Of a DNA stretch of 64,000 bases, positions 44,480 through 58,285 are shown in pieces. Made by a program: the position numbers and the translations under genes. The stretch is from the NCBI RefSeq assembly GCF_009914755.1, contig NC_060940.1; one strand, given 5' to 3'. The notes under the pieces were generated by a model, which ran no database searches, had not been told where the DNA came from, and was given only the letters and a program-made list of their open reading frames with translations. The stretch's first letter is position 1. Each line of letters opens with the position of its first letter. The stretch is from the human T2T-CHM13v2.0 reference genome, Homo sapiens.

Positions 44480-45600
44480 ATTTTTTTAACCTACCAATTT
44501 ACACTGGCATTTTCCCTATATCTCTAGCATTTTCTAAAATGTTATTATAATCACAGCATAGCAGTTCATTAAATGAATGTGCTATCATTTAATAAATATT
44601 AGTATTATGTTACACTTAGGTTGTTTCTATTATTTCACCACTTTAAATAAATAATACTAAGTTAAGCATCCTTATCCATCTTTTTGCAAATATCTTAATA
44701 CTTTGACAGGATAAATTATAGAGAGTGCCTTCCATAAAATTTAAACTTATCTGCAATCCAAATAGTGATCCAGAACCACACTGTTTTAATTACTACAGCT
44801 TTACAATATATATATTAATATGGGCTATTACAATTCCATCCCCCACGGCTCTTCAAAATGCGTTGGCTCTTTTCATTAATATACTGATCCAATAGAAACT
44901 TTATAGTTATTATGTCAAATTCAATTTTTAAAATCCTTTTGGGATCTGGATTGGAATTACACTTGATTTATAGATTCATTTGAGAAGAATTGATGTCTGT
45001 CGAACATTATGATTTTCCATCTCTCCAGTTATTAAAGTTTTAATTGAGTTGTCTACACATTATAGAACAATATTAAATATTAATTGTGTTAGGGGACATC
45101 TTTGCCTTGCCTAACTTTAATGAGACTCGTAGCCTGGAGTTTACGGGGACAGGTACTAGAGTCAAAACACTTGAATTTGTATCTTAGCTTCGCTATTCAG
45201 TACCTTGGGTCTTTGGGCGGGTTACTTCTCTGCCTAATTCCCTCAAATTATAATAAGGTTAAAATAAGGCTATAAAGTTAATAGTAATAGCTCCTTGATG
45301 ATATTCTGTGGTATTTATATGAGATAATACATGTAAAAGCTCATATAGCTATGCCTACCACAAGGCTCTCAATAAATGTTAGCTATTGGTATTATTTCAT
45401 CCTTCAATATGCTAGTGCCTATGGGGTTGAGATGGATATTCTGTTTCACATTAAAGATGCAGCCTTCCTGATTTCTTAAGATTATCAGCTTTTGTCCTTA
45501 ATGAGTAATAGATGTAGAATTTACTAAGTGCTTTTTCAGAATGTGTAGAGATGATAATTTTTTCTTTTGACCTATTTCTGCACTGAATTATAACTGGATT
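44480..45600 (-). mobile_element. Old L1ME fragments with an embedded MIR (about 45130-45390)
   Basis: gaaccacactgttttaattactacagcttta; gattggaattacacttgatttatagattcatttgagaagaattga. Confidence 0.6.
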
Positions 45601-45637
45601 AGACGCAATGGTATTGATCTTGGTGGGATTTGGCAGC

Positions 45638-45820
45638 TTTTCTTTTTTCTTTTTTTCTTTTCTTTTTTTTTTTTTTTTAAATTTTTTGTTTTACTTTAAG
45701 TTCTGAAGCTCAAAGCCATCATTCTTAGCAAACTAACACAGGAACAGAAAACCGAACACCACATGTTCTCACTCACAAGTAGGAGTTAACAATGAGAACA
45801 CATGGACACAGGGAGGGGAA
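45638..45820 (-). mobile_element. Short inverted L1PA (twin-priming structure)
   Basis: Poly-T plus tactttaagttctg (minus-strand 3' tip) fused to a plus-strand piece gaagctcaaagccatcattcttagcaaac...gggaggggaa. Confidence 0.8.
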
Positions 45821-45822
45821 TG

Positions 45823-46149
45823 TTTTTTCTTTTTTTGAAGCAGCGTCCCACTGTCGCCCAGACTGGAGTGCAGGGACACGATCATAGCTCACTGCAGCCT
45901 CAACCGCCCAGGCTCAAGCGATCTTCCACCTCAGCCTCCCAAGCAGCTGGGACCACAGGCCCATGCCACCATGCCTGGCTAATTATTTTTATTATTTTTA
46001 ATGTTTTTGTAATTTTCTTTGTTTGTTTTTGTAGAGACTTGGTCTTACTATGTTGCCCAGGCTGGTCTTGAACTCCTGGGCTCAAATGATCTGCTGTCCT
46101 TGGCCTCCCAGAGTGCTGGGGTTCCAGGCATGAGCTACCACACCCGTCC
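45823..46149 (-). mobile_element. AluJ
   Basis: Reverse dimer. Confidence 0.93.
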
Positions 46150-46644
46150 ATGCTTTCCTTGTAATACATTGTGCTCTGGTAGATTGGACTCGACACTTTG
46201 ACTGGTCAGTTTCTCTTGAGAGGGCTCCTCCGCTTGTCAGGTGGGAGTAGCTACACTGCCTGCCAGCGTTCTAGCTTGGTGCCTCACCCCGTTCTTCTCT
46301 GTTCCCTGTGTCACTGACCCTGGGGGCTCCCTGGTTCAATATTTCCAAGACATAATCTTCCCTCTGCTGCCCTAATAGGTGCAGGGCAGCGGCCTGGCTG
46401 TGGGTAGGGGGAAGGCTCTGTGGATGTAGCTCCTCTTTCTAGAGACCTCTAACATTGATTGTGCCTTTTCCCAAAACGCTCACCGCCACTGGGGTCACTG
46501 GTGCCTCCAGTTCCTGAGCTTTTGGAAGGTTCTGTGTCAAGAACTCACTTTCTCTTCCTTAGTGACACCTCCTCTCCCACAGCCACTTGAGTTTCAGCCT
46601 TCTCCTCTTTCCTAAGTCCAATGCCTCTCACAAATCAGCCTCAG

Positions 46645-46880
46645 GGCCGGGTGCAGTGACTCACGCCTGCAATCCCAGCCACTTTGGGAGCCCAAGGTGG
46701 GCGGATCACTTGAGGCCAGATGTTCAAGACCAGCCTGGGCAACATGGGTGAGACTCCGTCTCTTAAAAAAAAAAAAAAAAAGGAGTTGGAGGCTGTCGTG
46801 CGCCGTGATCGTGCCACTGCACTCCAGCCTGGGAGACAGAGGGAGACCCTATCTCAAAATGAATAGTTAAATCAGTAAAA
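46645..46880 (+). mobile_element. AluJ with internal deletion
   Basis: Left arm plus A-tract joined to the distal right arm; TSD aaat(c/t)agcctc. Confidence 0.9.
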
Positions 46881-47039
46881 ACAAATTAGCCTCCCTTCTT
46901 CCAAAAATATGCCTATATTTGTTGTCTGACACAAACCCTTCACCATTTCTCTTTGACATTTTGATATTTATATTTTTTATCCACTTATTATCAATCTAGT
47001 GCTAATCAGAGAGGGAGTGGAAGTAAATGCTGGGTTTGA

Positions 47040-47415
<376 letters not shown>

Positions 47416-48006
47416 TGATTCACTTTGTCTCATTTAATATCTTTTTTCCTAGGATTCTACTTTCCGTGGAATTTCACAGAAATTCTACAGAATTTCTACA
47501 GGAAGTAGAATCCTATCTCTAGCTTTCTTTAGAATTACATTTTCCTAATGTATCTTCACCTCTCCATTTTCATATAAAATGTTCCTGCCTCTGTATTCTG
47601 GGGTGGTCGTATGAACACAAATGTTCTCGTTGTTGTCATTTTGAAAATTATGGTGTTTGGCCTATTTCCAACAATTTTTAATATTAATACAATCCGTCTT
47701 TTATACTTCTGTCAACTTGCTCTAAAAGTTTTGCTTTTCTTTTTTTCTGCTTTCTTATCCCCTGTGTCTTTTGTTATATGGCCACACAATTTTCTTTTCT
47801 TTTCCATTTTCCAGTATTTTGGAAGGTATGTATCCTGTTTATAATAGTTCATTTTATAGTTTTCTAATACAGTAAATGAGTAGACAGTATCTCTTAGTAA
47901 AGAGACTTGTGTAGTTTTTCTCTGTCCTCTCTCCTTTTCTTCCTGTTTTGCCAACTTTTCGGTCTTTGTTAATGTGGATTTGATGTATCAAATTATTAAT
48001 TTTTAT

Positions 48007-48137
48007 CTTTTTTTTTTTTAAGAGAGAAAGGGTCTTACTATGTTGCCTAGACTGGACTCAAAATCCTGGGCTCAAGCAATCCTCCTGCCTCAGCCTTCCA
48101 AGTAGCTGGGACAAGAGGTGCACTCCACCATGCCTGT
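48007..48137 (-). mobile_element. FLAM (Alu monomer)
   Basis: Single arm with poly-T; TSD tatcttttt. Confidence 0.85.
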
Positions 48138-48787
48138 CTCTATCTTTTTTAAAAGCATAATGTTGACATTAGAAGCTACATGTATTATTTATTTGGGGTT
48201 AGTGTTTGTTTAACCCCATCACTGTCCTTTTATATACAACTTTTCCATTCTTGAGCTTTTCCACACCATCACTCAGAATGTTGTTTTTCTTTTCAAGGGA
48301 TTTTTTGAAGAGCAGGATCTAATGCTTTTCAAGATGTTGCATGCCATAAAACTTTTCTTTTGCCTTCACAGGCACGTTAGCTCTCGGATGTGGGTTTTAT
48401 TTCGTTCAGACTAGGCTGACCTTTTAATGTACCCCACATAGCCATCTTATATCTCTGGGAAGGTCTCTTTAATGAAATCTTTGCCTATAGCTCTGTCCAA
48501 TTTGTTCTGGGTTTCTTCTTCAATAACATCAGCAAACTACAAGTTGCCTATAACCACTCTGTCTTCCATTCTACTTTCTCTCTCATCAGCTCAATGTTGT
48601 GAATTTTATTTTAGAAGCGTAAGATCAGGCTCCGGTTTGTTCTAATGTTTATTTTTGACATCGCTAATTCTGCTCTTTACTGCTGTCAGCGTAGTTGTGT
48701 TTCTTTTTTATTCTTTTTGGTACTAGCTTACTTCACCCATACCTTGATTTTTCTGGTCTTAACTGTGTTTTCATGTCATCTTACTGT

Positions 48788-49135
48788 CTTTTCTCTTTCT
48801 TTCTTTTGTTTTCTTTCTTTTCTCTTCTTTCTTTTTTTCTTTTGTTAATTGAGACAGAGTCTTGCTTTGTTGCCCAGGCACTGGAGTGCAACGGCGCAAT
48901 CTCAGCTCACTGCAGCCTTGACTTCCTGGGCTCAAGTGATCCTCCCACCTCAGCCCCATCAAGTAGCTGAGACTACAGGTATATACCACCATGCCTGGCT
49001 AATTTTTGTATTTTTTTGTAGGGACACGGTTTCACCATGTTGCCCAGGCTGGTCTCAAACTCCTGAGCTCAAGCAATCCAGTCACCTAGCCCTCCCAAAG
49101 TTCTGGGATTACAGGCGTGTGCCACCACGCTAGCC
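48788..49135 (-). mobile_element. AluJ
   Basis: Reverse dimer with long CT-rich tail. Confidence 0.94.
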
Positions 49136-49149
49136 TTGTCTTTTTGCCT

Positions 49150-49420
49150 AAGCCTATGCTCAACTCTTGTCCTTCTGCTTAAATGTCCCCCAGGTTTTCT
49201 CTGATCACTTAATTTCCTCATTACACTTGTTCTCTTTCTTTTCCTTTATCACAAGTTGTAATTATTTTTTTTTATTTTGCCCATTATCTCCTCCACCAAA
49301 CCAGAGGCCCCATGAGGGCAGCAAGTACTACATCTATGTTATTTATAGCCGTGACTTCAGCACTTAGCAAGATGGCTGGTGAAGAGTGGGTGCTCAGCAA
49401 ATATTTGCTGAGTAAGTACA
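49150..49420 (+). mobile_element. L2 3' end
   Basis: ccatgagggcag...cagcacttagca...gtgctcagcaaatatttgctgag. Confidence 0.65.
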
Positions 49421-49475
49421 TGCCCATATTACTCTGGTTTGGATTCCCTTTGGCTGCACCAATATTGTTTTGAGT

Positions 49476-49760
49476 CAGAGGCTCCCAAACTTTAGTAATT
49501 GAAGGACCAACTTTTTACCATATTCAAGGACTTAGACTATTATTTTCTTAATATTTGTGTTTAGATCAATTTACATTTTCTACCTTCACTATGTGTTTAA
49601 GCTTCATCCTAAACGATGAAGTTGGTTAAGTAAAAGTGATGACCTGGTTCCAATTTTCTAAAATACATTAAAATAAGCATATAACTGTAAAAAATGTAAA
49701 TTTCATCCGTGAATCACTTGTGAGCCACAAAGACGATAAGTAAACACACTTTGGGAAATT
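49476..49760. mobile_element. hAT-Charlie MITE (Charlie4z-like)
   Basis: TIR-like ends cagaggctcccaaact ... cacactttgggaa. Confidence 0.5.
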
Positions 49761-49948
49761 CTTTCTAAAGATCTCGGGCTACTGCATTTCCTCCAGGAGC
49801 TCACGTCTTCTTGATTTAGGCTTTGATTCCTTCCCATCTTATTCATTTAACAAGCACAATATTTGGTGGGTATGATTCATTCTCTTTTGCCTGCCTATGA
49901 TGGCATGGCACAGTGACAAGGACTGAAGATACCACAGCCAGCAAGCAA

Positions 49949-50203
49949 GACACTGTGCCTTCCTGATGGGGTTCACAGACTAACTAGGGGGAAGGCAATA
50001 AACAGATATGCAAGATAATTACAGGTTGTGCTTAGAATGATGAGGAAATAAGCCAAATAAACCACTTCAGAGAGTGACACTGTGCCTTCCTGATGGGGTC
50101 CACAGTCTAACCTGAGGGGAAAGGCAATAGATAAACAGAGAGGCAAGATAATTACAGATGGTGCTTAGAGTGATGAGGAAATAAGCCACTTCAGAGACTG
50201 ACA
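49949..50203. repeat. Two-copy tandem duplication (about 127 bp) within a minus-strand L2
   Basis: gacactgtgccttcctgatgggg at 49949 and 50076. Confidence 0.93.
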
Positions 50204-50748
50204 TTTGAAAGTGGTGATATTCTAACTGAGACCTGAGCATGAGAAGGATTGAGCCACAGGAAGAGCCAGGGTAAAGTGATCCAGGCAGAAAGAACAGCAC
50301 AGCCCTAGAGACAGAAAGGGAAAGGACTGGGGGATTCAAGAGTGTCTGCTAGTTCATCTTGCTGGGTTTTGCAAATGCCTTCCAGAACTGACATGCAGAG
50401 CTGGACCATTCTATACCAAAGCCTAGAAAAGAACTCACATGTGTATAGTTTAGGCAGGCTTTGAACCTGCAGGAGTATTAGTGACCCAACAACTACCCAT
50501 GTGGTTTTAGGCACATCTGAGACATGAATTATATGTAGGCAGCTGACTTCCCAGTGCATGGCCCTTGCTCCCTCTATGATGAGAAAACCAACTCCTGCTC
50601 ACCCCTTGCAATCATGGAGCTTAATGTATCCTGGTACGACAACAACATTCGGGAGTCAGATGGAAAGCATTCCTATCATTGGTTAATTTCCTCCAAGGAG
50701 GCAACAGGTGTTGGCTCCAACCACTGCAATTGGATCACCTCCAACTAC

Positions 50749-50764
50749 CCACTAGGGGGCGCTG
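50749..50764 (+). promoter_or_regulatory. CTCF core motif
   Basis: CCACTAGGGGGCGCTG matches CCASYAGRKGGCRS at every position; CpG intact. Confidence 0.6.
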
Positions 50765-51314
50765 CTATGCTGCAAGAAGTGGGGCAGGCTTGCGGAACTC
50801 ATCCCTGCAAAACCATTAATACCCCCGGGAGACTGAAGTGTGAAGTTGTAAAGCTTGGTGTTAACAACCAAAATAAACTCACTGACTCATGCAGTTGTTG
50901 GCTGAGGAGTTTGCCTGGGAAACATTCAGATCTGGTGGGAAAGGATGAGGGTGCAGATGGTGGAGGGTGGGGACTCCGTGGACAATTCAGGCAGGAAACT
51001 GGGAGGTGGAGGAGGTTTCAGAGCAGGGAAGCTGGCGTCAGGAAACGGCTGGGTTGACCGGCTCCATACTCAGCCTAGTGCTGGGCAGAATAGAAAACGT
51101 TATGTGCTTAGTAGCAGGATATTGAGAGCACTACATTCTAATGGTTTCTATATTCTCTGTGGAATGGGATGCAAGGTCACCTACTAAGAGTGGCAAGAAA
51201 GGGCAGGGTTTGGTCATTTGCAGAGAAAGGGAACGGTCTGAAATAGTCATGCAGAGCTAGAAAGCCAGTTGTCCAGAGACACATGGTGGAATTGTGCTGT
51301 GTGCTAAAGGCCCC

Positions 51315-51677
51315 TGAATTAGTCTGTTCTCATGCTACTAATAAAGACATACCCAAGACTGGGTAATCTGTAAAGGAAAGAGGTTTAATAGACTCACAGT
51401 TCAGCGTGGCTGAGGAGGCCTCAGAATCATGGCGAAAGGTGAAGGAAGAGCAAAAACACGTCTTACATGGCAACAGGCAAGAGAGAGAGCATGTGCAGGG
51501 GAATTCCCCTTTATAAAACCATCATGTCTCATGAGACTTATTCACTACCATGAGAACAGCATGGGAAAAACCCACCCTCATGATTTAATTACCTCCCACC
51601 AGGTCCCTCCCATGACACATAGGAATTACGGGAGCTACAATTTGATATTTGGGTGGGGACACAGCCAAACCATATCA
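51315..51677 (-). mobile_element. THE1 (C/D) solo LTR
   Basis: TG...CA ends with perfect 5-bp TSD gcccc. Confidence 0.95.
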
Positions 51678-53084
51678 GCCCCCTTTGTGTTGGCAATCAG
51701 GTATCTGGAGTGGAACCAGCCTTTGATTTCAGGTGTTCTCCAGCAGTGCTCTGCCCTGCTGAGTATAGAGAGAGGGCACTCAGGTGCTCCTGGCACCCAG
51801 TGTTGCCTCAGGAAGCTTCTTGCACAGGTCCCTGGCCCTTTTTGAGGGTCTCCTGCAGGTACTCAGGGATGATCTGTCATTCTCTCTGGAGGTGGTGGCT
51901 CCAAAATTTCTATATGGGGGAAGGGGTAGGAGTGGCCCCATCAGAGGAAGGATAGAAAGCTTGTCTGGGAGTTGCCATGCATGCTGTTTCGTGGCATGCA
52001 TTCACTCTGATTGACTAATGGAGACTAGAGGGGGATAAAGATCCCTTTGGCCTCCACTTGGTACCATCACTGTCCCCATGTGCCATTTTGTTTCCTGGAT
52101 GCTAATGTCACTGGGGAACATCTCACGAGAGCAAGCTGACTCAGGCTGGAAGCTAGAAAGTAGAGCCTAGCTAGAGATAGGCACTGGGCTGCTCCCCACA
52201 GTTCTGATCATGAGTGAAGAGAGCTGTGGTGGGTCCTGAGCTGGCTGGGACAGACGTCAGAAGGGAGTGAGTGAGAGGTCACCAATTGAATTTGGTTATA
52301 GATTAGACATGGGTGTTGCTTGGACAACTGGTGAATGGTGGGGCCATTAACTGAGACATGAGAAGTGGTAAGTTGAGGAGAAATAACTGAAGTGTGTATG
52401 GAGAAAGAATGGTCAGTGGGGGGCAGGGGCGGGGAGGAAGAAAGAATGTGTTCCCAAAGGAAGAAAAACAAGTTTCAACAAGCAGGGAGTGGGCAAGTGC
52501 TTCAGAGGCCACAGAAAAGTGAAACATGACCAAGATTCGAGATGGAGTTGGCATTTAGGGTTGTGTTCGGAGAGTACCGCTTCAGAAGACGATGGGGTGG
52601 GAGGAGATGGAGCAAGAGGAGGATGAATGTGAGGTGAGGAAATGAAGCCATGCAGCTTTATTCCAAGAACTCTGGCTGGGAAGAAAAGGAGATATACAGG
52701 ACTGTCGCAGGAGCAGGTGAAGGGATAGATAGCTGGTTTTTTTGAAAATGAAAAAGGCTTGAACTAAAGGGGGAAATCAAGTAGAGAAAGAGGAACCTGC
52801 TAATAGATGGTCACGGTGCATTACACTTTATACGGGACTCTCGCAGCTTTGACCTCACAACAGCCAAGTGAAGTTGGCATTACCATGATCCACACATTGC
52901 AGGTGAAGAAACTAACACGAAAGTCACATGGCCAGGAAAAGGAAAAGCTGGGACTCCAATCCAGGCTTTCTGAATTCAAGTCATCCGCAATTTTTCACCC
53001 AACATCAATTAGCCGATTCTGATTAATGCAATAAATATTCACTGGCTATGTCCTTTGTACCAGTATTGCCAGGGCTGCCTTAAG

Positions 53085-53255
53085 ACCTTGCAATTCAACG
53101 GGTGGCCCAAGGAGCAGCAAGTCGGCCTCACTGTGGAGCCTGCTAAAAATGCATACTCTTAGCACCCCCTCCCTAGACCTACTGAATCAGAAACTGCATT
53201 TCAACAAGACCCCTACACGAGATTCAAATGCACATTAAAGTGTGACAGGCACAGG
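53085..53255 (+). mobile_element. MER5A-like MITE
   Basis: aaatgcatactctt...tagacctactgaatcagaaactgcatttcaacaag...aatgcacattaaagt. Confidence 0.75.
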
Positions 53256-53629
53256 CTTATGGGGTCCACTTCCAGGGAGAAGGGAGGGCAGGGAGAGAAG
53301 TTAAGCCCAGACCACAGAAGAAGAGATATCCTGGGAGTTACCTCCAGATAGTGTCCCACGGTCAGCTGCAGATAGGACCAAAGAAATTGAAGTCCAATTG
53401 CCTGGAAATGTATCAGAGCTGTACATGCAGCAGCAAAAACATTCCTTCAACACCCACGATCACCGTTCCTCCTTTCCAAGAGAGCTTCTTGAGAAAGGAG
53501 CTATACATTTTCACCTTCCATATCCTTCCTTCCCGCCCACACCTCAGCCACTCCAGACATGTTTCCTCCCCCTCACTCCACAGTAGAGGCTTTCTTCATC
53601 CTAAATAATATCAATGGAGACTTTTAAAA

Positions 53630-54920
53630 ATAGCTTTTCATTAGATAGTTTTTTTTAAATGACAAAAAATACATGCTCATGGCAAAGAGAAAAATAAATC
53701 CGAATGCAAAAAGCTAAAGGTGAAAACGAAGTCCCATTCTACACTACAGCCCAGCCCAGATCCCCCAAGGTTATTTTCCAAAGATAATAACTGTTAAATG
53801 TATTGTGTATCCTTTTAGAAGATGTCTATGCATATAGGCACTAGCACGCATGTGTATATTTTGTATGTAAATAGGGACATATTAAACTTACTGTTCTACA
53901 ACCTGCTTTTTTCACTTAATAATATGTTGATTCCTTTAGGTGTCAATATTTGTAGATCCACCTCATTTCTTGACAGCCAGATCATAATCTATCATATGGC
54001 CTCACTGTGGTTCTGATAGAAATGTGGGTTGTTTCTGGTCTTTTTTTTATTACAATGTTGCAGTAGCTAACTTAATGCTAGCTGCTATAACAAACAAACC
54101 CCTAGGAAAAGTTTATTTCCTGCTTAGACAATAGTCCAGGGGTGTTGTTTTCTAGTTGTAGGTATCCTCCCATACCCTTTCTACCTTTTGGACCTGCCCT
54201 CCGGGAACAATCTATGCAGGTGTCCTTGGGAGATGCCTCCTCATGTCAACTGCAAATACTGCAATGAACACCTGGCACATGAGTCTTTATGCACTTGTGC
54301 AAATACATTTCCAGGAGTGGAATTGCTGGGTTAAAGGGTATGTGCATTTTACATTTTGATAGATAATATATAATTGTCTTCCTAAAGACTGCATCAATGT
54401 ATATGTCTACCAAAATTAGGAGAGTGTTAGTTCTTCACATTCTTGCCATCATAATTGTTACAATTAAAAAATTTTTTTTTCCAGCCTTACAGGTGAATAA
54501 TATTATCTCATCATGATTTTAGTTTGTGTTTCCTTAATTTTAGAGATTTATCTTTTCATATGTTTATTTTCTATTCATAGCTCTTTATTAACTCTTTTCT
54601 CACGCCTATGATCCTTTCTTCTACTGGCTAGTTCTCCTTTACTTATTGATTTGCAAAGTGTCTGGAAAAATATATAAAACATAAAAAGATATGAAAAACA
54701 GATATGAAATCAGCTCTTTGTGTTTATAGTGTAGGTGCTGCAGATATTTTTCCAATTAGTCATTTTCCTTTTATTTATGGTATTTTTCTATTCCAGGGAC
54801 TTATTTTTTTTTAAGAGTCTAACTTTTCCATCTTTTCCTTCATGATTTTTGTCTCATGCCTAGAAAGGCTGTCCTCATGCCAAGATTCATTTTTATATTC
54901 TCACGTTTTCTTCTTGTGTG
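53630..54920 (-). mobile_element. L1ME 3' region
   Basis: ctgttctacaacctgcttttttcacttaataat; ggagtggaattgctgggttaaagggtatgtgcattt. Confidence 0.75.
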
Positions 54921-54929
54921 AGAGTCACA

Positions 54930-55130
54930 CTTGAATCTGGATTCTGCAAACTGGCTGTGTTGCTTTGCTGATTTACTTTAGTTCTCTGTGTCCTAGTTTC
55001 CTCAGTACAAAAACTGGAATAGCATGAGTTCCTACTTTGTAGGGTTATTGTGAAGATCAAGTGAGATGATTTAGAGTTTAGAACAGCAAGTGGCCCACAG
55101 TCACTGCACAATAAGTGTCAGCTATTGTCT
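54930..55130 (+). mobile_element. MIR SINE
   Basis: agtttcctcag...tagggttattgtgaagatcaagtgagat...aataagtgtcagctatt. Confidence 0.75.
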
Positions 55131-57574
55131 TGTTTATGTCCAAAGCATCGATGACCACGTGTATGGCTGATGACTGCTGCGTACCCATTTTTTATGGTTA
55201 GCAAGTGACAAGACTCAGGTCTTTTTGATTCCAAATCCTGTACTCATACCCAGCCATTAAACTAGCCTGTAGCTGAAAGTAGCTGAAAGTGGATCATAAC
55301 TGTCACATCTCTATATTGGCAATGCTTAGTCCTGTGCCTGGCATGCAGTAGTGTATTCATTCCCGAGGCAAGTGTTTGCTGGGCACCTACTATACACCAG
55401 GGGTACAAAGATAAGCGAGGTGCAGTCTCTTTGCTCAGTGGTCCTCTATGTGGACATACCATGTAAGAAGGATCCCTTTGTAGTCTCCACTTGTCACACA
55501 GCAGGACTAGGGATAAATTCCACAATACACAAGGGGTGGATAAAGGAATAGGCTTTACTGGGGAAACTTGCAAGCTGTGGGTCACAATAGAAGAGGCAGA
55601 AGGACAGCATTACCCTTTCTTCTCACCATGTCATTGAGGGGACTGCCAGGGCCTGGACCCCATGTGGTTTATGCCCCAAGGATGAAGGGACTCTGCCCCT
55701 TCAGCTTTATCAACTTCCCTCTTATAGCGCAGGGATTAGAGCAGCCTTGTCAGTGAGGGAATAATCAAACAACTGGCTGATTGGATTTAGATACCAGCTA
55801 TTTACAGGAGTTATCTGGGACACCCAGCTGCCCAGCACCTGAATACCTGAGGACCTATGAGAAACTGGGTTCAGGGATAACCTTTCCCACCAGAGGAAGA
55901 AAGCTACCACTTCTCATAGGAAGCCAGGTTTAGGTGCAGCCCTCACACTAGGAAAAGGGGACCCTGCCACCTCCTGTCCCAGTTGGTCCACAAAACTGTT
56001 AACTCTTTGAGGAAAGAGACTGCAGCTCACTTATCTCTGTATCCCCAGCATACAGTAGGTGCTCAATAAACGCTTGTCTCATGAATAAATCCATGATTGC
56101 ATACCAGCAGAGGACTAGACACTGTCAATATAGAGATGCCACAGTCATGATCCCTGCCTTCAGGGACACTGAACTCTAGAGGGATGATAGACTCAGATAA
56201 TGTATCAAAAATGGGTTACGTCTATAGTGGGTACCATGGAATCACAAGAGTAAAAAAACACCTAACTCCTCCAGGAAGGGAGAAATAATAAGGGCACAGT
56301 CAGGGAAGGCTTTATGGTGGAGGTGACGATGAGCTGAGAGATGTTTTGCCAGGTAGGTTAAGGAGGGCTTCATGCAAAGGGTACAACATGTCAAGGTTCC
56401 CTTAGCATGAAAAATACAGTTTTTGGAGGAGTACAGACTGGCTTCAAATAATCTAGTCTAGCCAGAGCCCAGGAGGGGCCATGGGCAGGATCAGGAAGAG
56501 CCACAGAAATCCTGGTAAAGACTCTATCTTGTGAGCAACGAGAATGGTCGCTGGAGTATGAGCTGAGACTTAGTGGCCTGCTCCAGGTTCACATAAGTAT
56601 AAGGATTTGGGGCTGTGGACTTGGAAGGAAATGGTCCCACGGTATGAGAGGGGGCTCATGACTTCGCTCAACTAGGCGAGGATAAACGGCCACAGGTGCT
56701 GTGCCTGCCACATGGCTCAGTGTGTGGGGGTTTAGCAGGTTTAGTTTTAAGAACCAGTTTCTTGCAATAAGGCCTTTTCCCTCCTCTTCCGCTCTTAATT
56801 ATCTCTCCGGAGACTGCAATGATTTTCAAGGAGCTTGGTTGCCCAGTTAGAAGCCAATAAATCACCACAGGCCTCCAGGCAGCCGGGTCTTCCAGAACAC
56901 ATATAAAGAGTGTACAAATTTAGCAGAAAATGAAATCTTCCAGAGAATCCTATCAGTAATAATCAGTGGTGTGCCAGTTCTGTAAGTTTCCGATGATGGC
57001 CCGACATCAGGCAGGTTCCCACTTGCTTGCATGTGCAAGGGATGACCCTTGGGTGGACAGTGGGTTCCAAGGGAGCTGTCCTGTGTTCCACTGCGTAGCC
57101 CAGTGTGGGTCAAAAATATAATTTCCAGAAAGCCTCAGGATGACAAGAGAATACTTGGGTGTTTTTTTGTGTTTGTTTTTTTTTTTTTCTCTTTTTTTGG
57201 AAGGGGCTGCAGGAAGTCTGTGATGTTTCCCTTAGGGTGAAAGAGTATAGACTTTTATAGCATGAGAAAGAGGGACATATCTTCACCAGTACAAACAATA
57301 TGATTCTGCCTCATTGTTCCAAGATTAAAGCCTTGTCTTTATTATTTTTTCTCTTCTGCAAGTATTTTCTGAACGCTTACTAAGTACCAGCCTTTGTCCA
57401 GGTGTAGAGAATACAGCAGTGAATAATATAGACAACAATCTTCACTCTCAAAATTTACCATCTACCGTGGGATGGGATGGGTGTGGCCAGGGACAGTAAA
57501 CATGCAAATCAACATCAAATATATTAGGTAGTAATGAGTGTGCCCCTGTTACTTATGAGAATACCTTTTGTTAA

Positions 57575-58285
<711 letters not shown>

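Noticed and set aside
50554-51057. 167-aa + strand ORF
   Set aside because: Non-ATG start, no recognisable domain and no convincing splice boundaries; expected by chance in 64 kb.
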